Shown: in pieces, positions 9,032-18,373 of the stretch | How positions within the stretch are numbered: position 1 is the stretch's first letter | How the letters are laid out: each line of letters starts with the position of its first letter | Virus record (IMG/VR): IMGVR_UViG_3300029267_000633 | Coordinates: 1-25,915 of that record | Length of the DNA stretch: 25,915 bases | Direction: 5' to 3' (one strand) | Source: a virus | Taxonomy: Duplodnaviria; Caudoviricetes | Notes under the pieces: generated by a model | What the model saw: the letters and a program-made list of their open reading frames with translations, nothing else | Told to the model about the DNA's origin: nothing | The model's database searches: none | Made by a program: the position numbers and the translations under genes

Positions 9032-9790
9032 CTATTTTTTCTTGACCCCTTTTGCGGAGTCGATTTCATCCCGGAGAGTTCTCTGTTTGGGTTCCCCCGA
9101 TTTCCCCGGAAGCGTTCGAGGTTGAGGCTTGGCGTCCGAAGTCGCCTTGTTTGGGTCGGGAGCCTTTATAGGCGTGCAAAACTCCACGAATTCAGCTATT
9201 TCCTCTTTCGTGGTAGCCTTCCCCTTTCGAGCCAACTTCTCAAGCTGTGCCGGTTCGACCTTCTTATCAGTAGCGACCTCGTTGACCAACGTGGAAAACT
9301 CGGCATCCTTCGAGGTGGATTCGGCTTGTTTAACAGCCGCTTCCCTCGTTCTCAAGTCGGCATCCCAATTAATCAACCGGTCCTCATACTCGTGAAGATC
9401 GTCCAGAACCTTCACAGCCTTTTCGTTTCCTGCCTCTTCCAGGCTCAAGCGGCGCACCTTGCGCAGTTCCTCTCTGGTTGTGTCCAGTTGGGATTGCGCC
9501 GAGTCTCTGTCACTTGCAGCGGTATTGAATTGCTTTGTCACCTCAGCAAGTTTCGAGTCCGCCGAGCTTTGCGCCTCTCTCGCGTCTTTGATGTGCGATT
9601 GAAGCTGTGCCTCCGTGTAGATCGGATCGTCCGAACCCTGATCGCCTTCGCCATCAGAACCGGGCTTGATGGAATCCTCCGAACCCGCGTCACCTTGAGC
9701 GTTCAACGCATCGGTCGAACCGCCTTCGTTCTGCGCGTCCGCAGCACCCGCATCCGAGTCCTGCGCTTGGTTGTTCCCAGAGTCCAACAT
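9032..9790 (-). CDS. Capsid scaffolding protein
   Basis: Acidic low-complexity N-terminus, YTEAQLQ motif, coiled coil, basic tail; precedes capsid; AGGAGG SD. Confidence 0.7.
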   Translation of the reverse strand: MLDSGNNQAQDSDAGAADAQNEGGSTDALNAQGDAGSEDSIKPGSDGEGDQGSDDPIYTEAQLQSHIKDAREAQSSADSKLAEVTKQFNTAASDRDSAQSQLDTTREELRKVRRLSLEEAGNEKAVKVLDDLHEYEDRLINWDADLRTREAAVKQAESTSKDAEFSTLVNEVATDKKVEPAQLEKLARKGKATTKEEIAEFVEFCTPIKAPDPNKATSDAKPQPRTLPGKSGEPKQRTLRDEIDSAKGVKKK

Positions 9791-9817
9791 GAGTGAAAAC
9801 CTCCTAAATTTGGATAT

Positions 9818-9846
9818 AAAAAAAGACCGCCCATCTCTGAGCGGCC
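9818..9846 (-). terminator. Intrinsic terminator with GAGA loop
   Basis: GGCCGCTCA-GAGA-TGGGCGGTC-TTTTTTT. Confidence 0.75.
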
Positions 9847-9868
9847 TTAATTCCCGGTAATTGTGTGG

Positions 9869-12800
9869 TTACTTCAACGCTTCGTCAAACTCTTTGTCCT
9901 TTTCTACAAAGTAATCCCGGCCAGCTTGTGCGCTGGTTTTGATCTTCTCGGCCAACGTCTGCATATCAGGATCGGTGAACACTTCCGTATTGATGTCTTC
10001 CGGTCGCGTCTGCCATCTCGGGGGTTCGGGTTCTTTGTCTACCTTGAATACAATGTTCGGGTCGATCTTGTACTTCCCGCCGTACTGTTCGTACTTGTCC
10101 CAGTCGAACTCTGACCATCCCATAACAGTTTCCATCTGGTCCTCAAAGTCTGCGCCAAAGTTGTTGATAGCATCGCCCCGTGCTATGTAACGGTTCTTCA
10201 TGTCGTCGGAAGGATGAGAAGAGTAGATTTGAACAACCCACTGCCAGAACTCACGGCTGGGAATTTTGTTGAAGTCGATCTTCTCCTGATTCATCTTGGC
10301 TTCATTGGTATAAACGTTATGGTAGAACGGGCCGTGTTCGTACAGCCATTGCTCGGTTGCGTAGAAGTTTATGTCTTCGTTTTTGTCCTTCGAAGTGTCC
10401 CGCTTGATGTCCTCTTCCATGTATTCGACATAGGAATTGATCTCTGCGTCTGAGGCACCGGCAGGCCAGTCTTTAACGTCCATGGAATAGACGGCTTTTC
10501 GGTATTCCGGGGAAGCATTGAGCAACGCCTTGTTCTTTGCCTGACTTGCATTAAGCCCGTTCCTCTCGTGGTCCTCAATATCAAGCATCACTTGTACATG
10601 AGGTTCGATCATGTTTTCCGGTAATCCCTTTTCGTAACCGTCAACCTTGTAATATGCCCCGTCAAAGCCCGGATTGTCTGCTACGATGTCGTCAAACAGT
10701 TTATCTTTCAAAGCGGTGCGCTTCTGTTCGTCAGTCATCACATTCCATTGGTCAGCCGTGACGGTCCAGGGACGGGATATGCCATCAAGTGACATATCGT
10801 TAATCTCAGCCTTCCCGGTTTCCCACGCTTCGAACTCTTCCGGCCAATGCGCTTTGACTGAGTACGCTTCTTTCGAGACAGGTTTGAGGTTGAACCAATG
10901 CCCGGTCAGCACATTCTCTACCTCTTCATTGGTAGCCCGGAATGCTCTGCCATCTGGCGCATCATAGTAACCGGACAGGCTGATTTGATGCCGTGCGTCC
11001 TCGTACTCCTGCATGAGCGGTCCCCATTGCTGACGGGTGATCCACTTATCGAGCGCAAGGTTCTGCGCTTCGGTAAGTTTCGCCCTCAGTTCGCTCTCAA
11101 GAGTGTTCAGTCCCGGCCCTTTGGGAGTGTCGTTCGGCCTGACTACACCAGTATCAGGATCGGTAGCCTGTTTGAAGATATCGAAATACTGGATAATCGC
11201 AGCATCGTAAGGGTCTTCGGGAAGTTCCCCGGTGTCCTCGAATAGTTGAAAGTCCTTATTCGCCTGCATCTTCCGGTCGTATATCTCAGCTTTCAGCTTC
11301 CACGTTTCAGACTTCAACCAGTCTGAATTTTCCTTTGGAGTTGGAATATCCCCATGCTGATCGGGATAGTTCTCTGGGTGAATAACTCTATCCTCATACT
11401 CTTTGATAAGGTTCTCACCCCTTTGGATTCTCTGCTCATCCAGTTCGTTGTATATCTGCCAGCCACGTTCGCCGTGGTAGCCGTCAGACTCCATAGCGTC
11501 TTGAAGGGCTTTCATTTCCTTTTCAAACTCAGGGTCATGTTTGGCCTCGTGCTGCTGGACCATATTCAAGTCATCCCAGTTCTCAGCATGTCTTATCTGT
11601 TCGCCGTTCTCGTCGTATACCCAAAGCTCGTGGGAGTCAATGTAGTTCTGCTTGACTTTTGCGTATCGTTCGGAGTAGGTCTCATACGATAGGACGCTGA
11701 TGCCGAAGACTTCAGGAATAGCCATAAATGCGCCTTTACCGCCTTCCTGCCCGATAGCATCCATAAAACCTTGAACTACCATCGGGAACATGCGCTCTTT
11801 TACCTGCTCAAATGTCCCGAGGTCAGCCGGTTCAAACTCTTGACCGAGGTAGGTTTCGCCCAGTTTGATATCGGTAATCAGCCCGGCAGTGGGCGACAGT
11901 TTGGACCTGATAAACCTCGCTATTAATTCATCCCTATCAATCGGCCTCACTACACCGGATGATGTTACCGTCTGTCCGGTTGCCATTCTTGCAGTCAGCA
12001 CAATGTATTGCTGAAATCCTGCAAACGGGTCATAGCGGGTATTGCCAACCCTGATTTTGCCAAAGTCAGAAGATCGGGGGTCAAGTTCAACATCCAACCC
12101 GGCCATTATCGCCAGCCCGATTACCGAACCAACGAACCCGCTGAATACTCCAAGCTCTCGGATCATAATACGGCGAACTGGTGAGTTGATAGGGATGTTT
12201 GGATTGAACAGGAGGAAAGGCGTTGCAAGTCTCCCTGTCTGCAACCGGATTGAAAAGAAAGTGGTATTGACCACCGGCGCAACATCGCCTAACTTGCCAA
12301 TCGGCCCACGACCGCTTACACAGTTGATAAACTGCCCCATCGCCTTGTATTCGGCAGGCTCGACACTCTTCCCCTTTTCTTCTCTGGATTTTAGGTATTG
12401 GTAATAATTCTTTGCTACGTTGAAGCGCAATACATTCAGGTATGTGACGTAAGCACGTTCTGAAAGTCTGACAAACGGAATCTTTGATGCCAGCTTAGAT
12501 TGGAAGGCTTCCTCTTGAATCTTCCTGCTCTCGGATATCTTGCCGATATCAGTAAGCTCAACCCCCATTTCTTTTGTGACAGCCTCGTAATAGGGGTCAT
12601 CCTTAATCATCTCTGCAATTTCAATATAGTTATCCTCACGTGCGAACGCCTGTAACTGCTTGCCAAATGCATCAATAGCAACAAGCGGATGATTGAGTGA
12701 TAGCACTAGTCCTTGACGCCCAGGAGCCGACAAGTCCCACGAAGCAAGGAAAGCACGTGGGAGGTTTGCTATATCCAAAAGGTTGAGCAACACTCGGCGC

Positions 12801-15800
12801 ACAACCTCCCTGTTCAATGCGGCCCTGTCGGTATCCCCGAACAGAATCGAGTGTTCTTTGTTTCTAAGCAGGTCGTGAAGCTCGAAGATGGTCGTATTCG
12901 ATACTTCCTTGAGGGTCTTTTCGCGGTTGAAGAACGCTCTGGCATCAGGTGAAACGTCAGCCGGGATCAAGTCGCTGCGTCGGTAGACCTGCACCTCTTC
13001 ACCTTTGGCCGCACCCTCTTTCCCTGTAACCGGTTTGCCATCAGAGTCAAGAACCTCAACGGTTTGACCGTCGGTGATAACGTAAGGGTCGGCATTGTAA
13101 GTATCGAGGGTCTGGGCAAACTCCTGACCGAACACATAGACAAGCCGGTCCCATGCAGAGCCACCTTCAGGGAATAACCTTGAACCCGTCCCTCTCTTTT
13201 GCGGGATCGGCTCACCACGCAGAGCATTTTCAAGTGCGGAGCGGGTAGCCGTCTTTTCCCACTCGTCGGATATCTTCTCGTCAATCTGCTTATAGAGGTC
13301 TTCGATAGCTTCCGGTGATTGCAGCTGCTCAGGAACTACGATGTTACCTTTGTCGTACTTCCCGGCAAGCTCCTGATTCGCTATACGATCCGCTTCCTGC
13401 CTGTCAATTCCTTGGGCTATCAACTCGTCATAGACTTGCTTCTTACGTGCGATTCTGGCCGCACGTTGCTTCTTCAGAGTTTCTTGTACAGCAGGCTGCG
13501 CTTCAGCACTGGACCTGAGAAGCTGGACTATGGGGGTTTCGGGAATAGCAACGCTGGTTTCCGTCTCAACCTCTGTCCTCGCTGGCTCGGTTGGCTTTTG
13601 TAAACCTTCCTGCGAAGGTTCGACAACCTTATCCTCTACTTTGTCAACCTTTCCGCTTTCCTGCACGTTCGGTTCAGCTTCAACCTGTCCGGGAGTTTGT
13701 CCGGGTTCTTGCCCCGGAGGGGCAACCGGCACCCCCCCGGGTGTCTCTGAAGTCGCAACTTCAGAGGGGATCGATTCGCGCTGTCCCTGTTCGATAATCG
13801 TAGCCAGCCCTTCGCCAATCTCATCAAGGAAAATCTCACCCTCCAACGTCTGCGTTAAATCCTCAAATGCAGCCGATGAAGCCTCTACCATGTCATAGCC
13901 TTGCTCAACCCTGTCCATAAACAGGGCGTTGTATTTCACCCGCAAGCGGTCCATCATCTCTTCGGATATGTTGATATTGACAGTATCGGACTTGCCTTCA
14001 CCTATGAACGACATACTCGCGCCGGGCAGACCGAACAGCAAACCCATTGATCCGCCAGCAGTCATCACCTCAAGCCCTTCCTGGCTGAATATGTCAAACT
14101 CTCTTCCTGACGCACTGGCAGAAAACACCTCCTGCCCGATTTCCTGACCACCTTCAGACCCAACAGACCACAAAACTTTAGACGCAAACACAGCGGTTTT
14201 CTGCAACAGCCCCGATCCTTTAACCGGAGCAAGCGTGCCGAGCCATTGTAGTGTTTCAGTCCCGCCAAGAAGTCCCGTATTCTGCCAGAAGACCTTACGT
14301 GCTGCACTAATCGCCGCGTTCAGGCTGCCAGTCTTGCCGTAAACCTCATTAAAAGACCAGCCTGCCTCTAGTGTTGCTTCTGATACAACTTGCGGGGCAG
14401 TCATTCCCAACGCTCCTAATACCCACTTGCCAGCCTTCGCCCCCCAAGAATATTTAGTCAAGGCAGCAGGGACAGCGGCGGTACTAGCTACGCCACCAGT
14501 TGCAATCCCCACCATAAGATTTGTCCATATTATCGGTATGTTCGGGGCAAGAGCTTCGTTAACGAACCAGTCAAGCGTTCCGAATTCAGAGGTTGTATGA
14601 GGATAATGCGCGGCAGTGTCCTCCTCTATGTTCAGGGCCATCTTAGCCAACGACTCTGACTTAGTAGCTGCTGCAAGCGAACCAACTGACCCACTCATTA
14701 CATTGCCCCAACCACGCATCACTCCATTGCCCCACGCTTTCAATGAACTTGGCCTGTGCTTCTTACGGATCGCCTCAGTCTTTAACGCCTGTTGTTTGGC
14801 ATAAGAAAGGAACTCGTCATCGGTCAGCCCCAAGTCTTCCTTTGTTCCGGGGAGCAAAAGCATCTCGCCATTGAACGGGTTGTGATGAACGGATACAAAG
14901 CCTCTTTTAATCGCATTCTCAAGCCCTTGATCGAAAGTCTTGACCAAATCTTCAACCCTTTCATCTTCGCCGTGCTTGGCAATGTAGTTATCTGACGTAT
15001 GTTCGGCAATCAAATCAAGCGTGTTTACCAGTTCCTCATAGATGATCGGCGCAGGCAGAGAAGCTATATTGCTCTCAACCTTGTTCGCCGCAGACTCAGC
15101 AACCCCTTGCGGAGCAGTGAAGATATCCATATTCCGCGTCTTGAAGTCACCGAACACATCATCAATAGCGATATCCTGATACCCCAACCGGCGCAGTAAC
15201 CGTTCCTTTTCAGGGGTCCGGCCACCTTCAGCCATCCAATTGTTGAACACATCCGGTCTTGTCTTGAGCGGTTCGAGAGCTTTTGCCATCTCCAGATCGG
15301 GGAAAGCACGCTTGAAGTCATACTCAAGCTGCAATGTTTCGAGATACTGTTTTGCTTCCGGTGTCCCGCGTTGCTCGATATCCCAAGCCAGCCACTTCAT
15401 GCGCTGGTCAAGCTCTTCGCTTGGTGACTCAAGGGACTGCAAAGCAAAGGCAGCATATTCGCTTAATCCCGGATACTGACCGAGGGGAGAATCTTTGTAT
15501 GCCTCGATTGCTTTAGAGTACGTTTGAATAAACTGCTCTTGCCTCTTGTGCTCGTGATAAGTCTCAGGCGTGGTGTAAAGCGTCTTCCCTTGAATAGTCG
15601 AAAGCTCAGGCATCGCCGCTACAGCTTCGGACGGTATCCATTCACCATCAGGAGTAATGAAGACGTTATCATCAACCTCGTAAGGCGTCTGAGGGTTGTT
15701 GTCCATCACCGTCCAGCCGTCAGGTAATCGCAAGTCGAGCCGGTAGCCCGGGTTAATCTTGTTCATGCGCCCTTTGTCCGGGCGAACAATGAAGTCAGCC

Positions 15801-16111
15801 TCACCGAACACATCAGGCACATCGAACCAGTCTTGCAGTTCAGCACCTTTGAACGTGTAGCCCTCACCGATATCGGCTTGCTTGCTCAAGTACCCAAGGA
15901 ACTTGTCAGCATTAAGCGTGGTGATCCCATCAGGGACAGGACGAGAAGCAGACGGGTTAAACTGAGACGTACGTAAGAAGTTCTCCCCAGCCTCAGCCCC
16001 TCGCTCTTTGGCGATATCCTGCGCCTGCCACTCAGGGAAGTCAGCTTTAGTGATGCGCCCAGGCCTTCGATATTCAGTCTTGATCTCTTCGTCAGTCCAA
16101 ACTTTACCCAT
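9869..16111 (-). CDS. Very large (~2,080 aa) virion-associated, probable DNA ejection/internal protein
   Basis: Uninterrupted ORF; Gly/Ala-rich hydrophobic helices; motifs ASWDLSAPGRQG and LDPRSSDFGKIRVGNTRYD that I recall from large phage virion proteins; start ATG 16111 or TTG 16123. Confidence 0.7.
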   Translation of the reverse strand: MGKVWTDEEIKTEYRRPGRITKADFPEWQAQDIAKERGAEAGENFLRTSQFNPSASRPVPDGITTLNADKFLGYLSKQADIGEGYTFKGAELQDWFDVPDVFGEADFIVRPDKGRMNKINPGYRLDLRLPDGWTVMDNNPQTPYEVDDNVFITPDGEWIPSEAVAAMPELSTIQGKTLYTTPETYHEHKRQEQFIQTYSKAIEAYKDSPLGQYPGLSEYAAFALQSLESPSEELDQRMKWLAWDIEQRGTPEAKQYLETLQLEYDFKRAFPDLEMAKALEPLKTRPDVFNNWMAEGGRTPEKERLLRRLGYQDIAIDDVFGDFKTRNMDIFTAPQGVAESAANKVESNIASLPAPIIYEELVNTLDLIAEHTSDNYIAKHGEDERVEDLVKTFDQGLENAIKRGFVSVHHNPFNGEMLLLPGTKEDLGLTDDEFLSYAKQQALKTEAIRKKHRPSSLKAWGNGVMRGWGNVMSGSVGSLAAATKSESLAKMALNIEEDTAAHYPHTTSEFGTLDWFVNEALAPNIPIIWTNLMVGIATGGVASTAAVPAALTKYSWGAKAGKWVLGALGMTAPQVVSEATLEAGWSFNEVYGKTGSLNAAISAARKVFWQNTGLLGGTETLQWLGTLAPVKGSGLLQKTAVFASKVLWSVGSEGGQEIGQEVFSASASGREFDIFSQEGLEVMTAGGSMGLLFGLPGASMSFIGEGKSDTVNINISEEMMDRLRVKYNALFMDRVEQGYDMVEASSAAFEDLTQTLEGEIFLDEIGEGLATIIEQGQRESIPSEVATSETPGGVPVAPPGQEPGQTPGQVEAEPNVQESGKVDKVEDKVVEPSQEGLQKPTEPARTEVETETSVAIPETPIVQLLRSSAEAQPAVQETLKKQRAARIARKKQVYDELIAQGIDRQEADRIANQELAGKYDKGNIVVPEQLQSPEAIEDLYKQIDEKISDEWEKTATRSALENALRGEPIPQKRGTGSRLFPEGGSAWDRLVYVFGQEFAQTLDTYNADPYVITDGQTVEVLDSDGKPVTGKEGAAKGEEVQVYRRSDLIPADVSPDARAFFNREKTLKEVSNTTIFELHDLLRNKEHSILFGDTDRAALNREVVRRVLLNLLDIANLPRAFLASWDLSAPGRQGLVLSLNHPLVAIDAFGKQLQAFAREDNYIEIAEMIKDDPYYEAVTKEMGVELTDIGKISESRKIQEEAFQSKLASKIPFVRLSERAYVTYLNVLRFNVAKNYYQYLKSREEKGKSVEPAEYKAMGQFINCVSGRGPIGKLGDVAPVVNTTFFSIRLQTGRLATPFLLFNPNIPINSPVRRIMIRELGVFSGFVGSVIGLAIMAGLDVELDPRSSDFGKIRVGNTRYDPFAGFQQYIVLTARMATGQTVTSSGVVRPIDRDELIARFIRSKLSPTAGLITDIKLGETYLGQEFEPADLGTFEQVKERMFPMVVQGFMDAIGQEGGKGAFMAIPEVFGISVLSYETYSERYAKVKQNYIDSHELWVYDENGEQIRHAENWDDLNMVQQHEAKHDPEFEKEMKALQDAMESDGYHGERGWQIYNELDEQRIQRGENLIKEYEDRVIHPENYPDQHGDIPTPKENSDWLKSETWKLKAEIYDRKMQANKDFQLFEDTGELPEDPYDAAIIQYFDIFKQATDPDTGVVRPNDTPKGPGLNTLESELRAKLTEAQNLALDKWITRQQWGPLMQEYEDARHQISLSGYYDAPDGRAFRATNEEVENVLTGHWFNLKPVSKEAYSVKAHWPEEFEAWETGKAEINDMSLDGISRPWTVTADQWNVMTDEQKRTALKDKLFDDIVADNPGFDGAYYKVDGYEKGLPENMIEPHVQVMLDIEDHERNGLNASQAKNKALLNASPEYRKAVYSMDVKDWPAGASDAEINSYVEYMEEDIKRDTSKDKNEDINFYATEQWLYEHGPFYHNVYTNEAKMNQEKIDFNKIPSREFWQWVVQIYSSHPSDDMKNRYIARGDAINNFGADFEDQMETVMGWSEFDWDKYEQYGGKYKIDPNIVFKVDKEPEPPRWQTRPEDINTEVFTDPDMQTLAEKIKTSAQAGRDYFVEKDKEFDEALK

Positions 16112-16128
16112 GTCAATTACCAAATTCT

Positions 16129-16305
16129 CTAGTTTGTGCGGATTCCAAGCCTCTCCTTTTCCTCTTCGGCTATCAGCCGTTCCCTCATCTTAGCCAGAAC
16201 CACAAACGCTTCCTCAACAACTATGTCAACATCATCACCTTGAGCAATAGCCATTAAGTTGCATTGTGAATCGGGTATGTACTTCTCGATTCTGACTGTA
16301 ATCAT
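16129..16305 (-). CDS. Small hypothetical protein (58 aa, MITVRIEKY...)
   Basis: Read by hand; tiles the portal-to-giant-gene gap; AGGTGA SD. Confidence 0.55.
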   Translation of the reverse strand: MITVRIEKYIPDSQCNLMAIAQGDDVDIVVEEAFVVLAKMRERLIAEEEKERLGIRTN

Positions 16306-16308
16306 GGG

Positions 16309-16446
16309 TCACCTATAGAGGATGAATATCCTCTTGAGAAAATCCTTGACCCTCGTATGCCAAACCCACAGGAAAAACCACATAGTGAACAGTCCGGCAG
16401 CGAAGCAAAGAAAGTCTCTAGCGTCTAGGTGTGTCCATTCCGGCAT
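16309..16446 (-). CDS. Small single-TM protein (45 aa, MPEWTHLDARDFLCFAAGLFTMWFFLWVW...)
   Basis: Read by hand; hydrophobic stretch followed by basic tail; AAGGGGG upstream. Confidence 0.5.
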   Translation of the reverse strand: MPEWTHLDARDFLCFAAGLFTMWFFLWVWHTRVKDFLKRIFILYR

Positions 16447-16579
16447 CCTTTTCCCCCTTCATCATCTTTTCCAACAGCCCGGACTTCTGCGGCTGCTGTT
16501 GCTGCTGTGCCTGCTCGATAGCAGCATCAAGTTTTGCCTCCAGTCGTTCCTTGATTTCCTTCGATGTAAACTTGCTCAT
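16418..16579 (-). CDS. Small Gln-rich helical protein (53 aa, MSKFTSKEIKERLE...)
   Basis: Read by hand; starts 2 nt after the portal stop. Confidence 0.55.
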   Translation of the reverse strand: MSKFTSKEIKERLEAKLDAAIEQAQQQQQPQKSGLLEKMMKGEKDAGMDTPRR

Positions 16580-16581
16580 AT

Positions 16582-18363
16582 CTACCCGCCTAATATCGGT
16601 GTAGTCTGTCGCCTGACCTGTGGTGCCTGTGGCTTCCCTGCCTTTGGTCGAGGCAATTGAATCTCATTCGGTGTAATATCTCGCATGGTGGAATCGATCA
16701 CACCGCCTAACTGCTGCTGCTCCTGATCTACCTGCATACCCTGATTAAGCATTTGATCCACCTGCATTTCAGCCTGTAAGAACAGCATCTTGGCAAGTAT
16801 CGGATCGCCCTCATCAGCCTCAGCCATAGCCGCAAGATAAGCGTCAATAGCAGGATTTAGCTTTGCCTGTCGCTCAAGCCTCGCCCGCCTCAACACCTTT
16901 TCAGGCTCTTGAAACTCCATAATGTCTGAAAGGATAGTCTTTTCATCCACTATCCCCAGTTTACTAGCAGCCTCAGCCAGTGCGTAGTTGCCGATAACTC
17001 TCTCAGGAATGGTGACAACGTACCGAATCTCAAGCGAGAACTCCCCTTTCAATTCCGACCCGGCGTACTTCCCACGCTTTCCAGCGGGACCAAGCGGCCC
17101 GGATATGTTGCCGTCGATCATCTGAGTGATGAACATGCGGGTGACTTTCTGCTTCCACGAACAAATTGACTTGGCAACCTGATTGACAATGCGCTCTCTC
17201 TTCTCACTGATGATCCGCATAGCCGAACCGGATGGGGGGTTAGCCGAGTTGAAGTCGCCGTAATCCAGGTTGGAGTAACCGGCCTGATCCTCATCACCAC
17301 CAAGCAACCCGCCGATATACTGATCTGACTTGGTAGTGTCCTCGTAACGGTAAAGCTCTTCGACTTCCGAGTCACGAGGTATCGGTTTGATCTCTCGTTG
17401 TGCGGTACTGGACGGCCCAGATTCAGGCGTACCATCGAAGGCTTTCTGCAAAGCTGCCAAATCTTCGGGCTTTGTCTTAATCGCCAGTGTCCTTTGCAAT
17501 GAACTCATGGACTTGGTAAGCTGCACGGATGCCAATCGGTTAAGCTCAGGATACAACTTCCGAAGAGGGCCATAGACCGACTCACCCATGTACTTGGTCG
17601 AACCGTCCTCATCGGTGAAGAACGAACCGAGAGAGGACAGCTGCACCGTTACCGGACAGTAGTCGTCGCCATTGTCCTTGTATCCGTGCTCTCTCTCAAT
17701 CACCCGGTTATCATCAATGATGACCATGTGCTGCAACTCATCGAGGTATTCTACACAGTCTTTACCTTTGGTCTCTTTGCCGTAAGCAGCCTCGATCTTG
17801 GCTATCGTCTCCTCATCGATCCCGTAAGCGTTGATGGCGTCGGCCTTGGTGCGCTTGCCCCAGGTAGCAGCCTTGGCAATGCCACCGTTACGACTCCACT
17901 CCCATGCAGACCATCGAGGGTCCCACATTTGCACATCGGGAATGATCTCGCCGTTATCATCGACATAGAAGAAGTTGCGGGAGATGATAGCCCCGGCGAT
18001 CGGCATTGATTCATGAGCCGAATCAGTAGCAGATAATTGGTAGACCTCAGCCGTCCATTCGTCGATAGCAGCCCAAGCGTCATTGACAAAATTCTCCACC
18101 TTACTGATAGCGGTGTCAGACAATTGATTACTCTCCACTACCGGCAGCATCTCAGCGTTGGTCAGGTCTCCTATGATGGCGTGAGCGTAGTTCCGGGGAG
18201 TGTTGCGAGTGACTGAATAGGCTTTGGCGAAGTCTCTGCTGTTGGCATCGGTGAGTTTGTAGTCCTCAAGCCAGTAGAGCTTGCGGTCCTCATCTATACG
18301 ATCATGCCAGTCTTGAAGCTCTTTCTTTCGGCCATCCAGCCAAGCAGTAATCTCATCAGCCAT
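16582..18363 (-). CDS. Portal protein
   Basis: 593 aa immediately after terL; WDPR, YMGES, SGSA segments and Gln-rich tail typical of podovirus-type portals; AGGAG SD. Confidence 0.75.
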   Translation of the reverse strand: MADEITAWLDGRKKELQDWHDRIDEDRKLYWLEDYKLTDANSRDFAKAYSVTRNTPRNYAHAIIGDLTNAEMLPVVESNQLSDTAISKVENFVNDAWAAIDEWTAEVYQLSATDSAHESMPIAGAIISRNFFYVDDNGEIIPDVQMWDPRWSAWEWSRNGGIAKAATWGKRTKADAINAYGIDEETIAKIEAAYGKETKGKDCVEYLDELQHMVIIDDNRVIEREHGYKDNGDDYCPVTVQLSSLGSFFTDEDGSTKYMGESVYGPLRKLYPELNRLASVQLTKSMSSLQRTLAIKTKPEDLAALQKAFDGTPESGPSSTAQREIKPIPRDSEVEELYRYEDTTKSDQYIGGLLGGDEDQAGYSNLDYGDFNSANPPSGSAMRIISEKRERIVNQVAKSICSWKQKVTRMFITQMIDGNISGPLGPAGKRGKYAGSELKGEFSLEIRYVVTIPERVIGNYALAEAASKLGIVDEKTILSDIMEFQEPEKVLRRARLERQAKLNPAIDAYLAAMAEADEGDPILAKMLFLQAEMQVDQMLNQGMQVDQEQQQLGGVIDSTMRDITPNEIQLPRPKAGKPQAPQVRRQTTPILGG

Positions 18364-18373
18364 AAGCTAACTC

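Noticed and set aside
7936-9796. Plus-strand ORFs of 208, 148 and 276 aa
   Set aside because: Fully antisense to capsid and scaffold; implausible composition.
9869-16123. Tape measure protein
   Set aside because: Located in the head module, with no adjacent major tail or tail chaperone genes and no regular TMP repeats seen.
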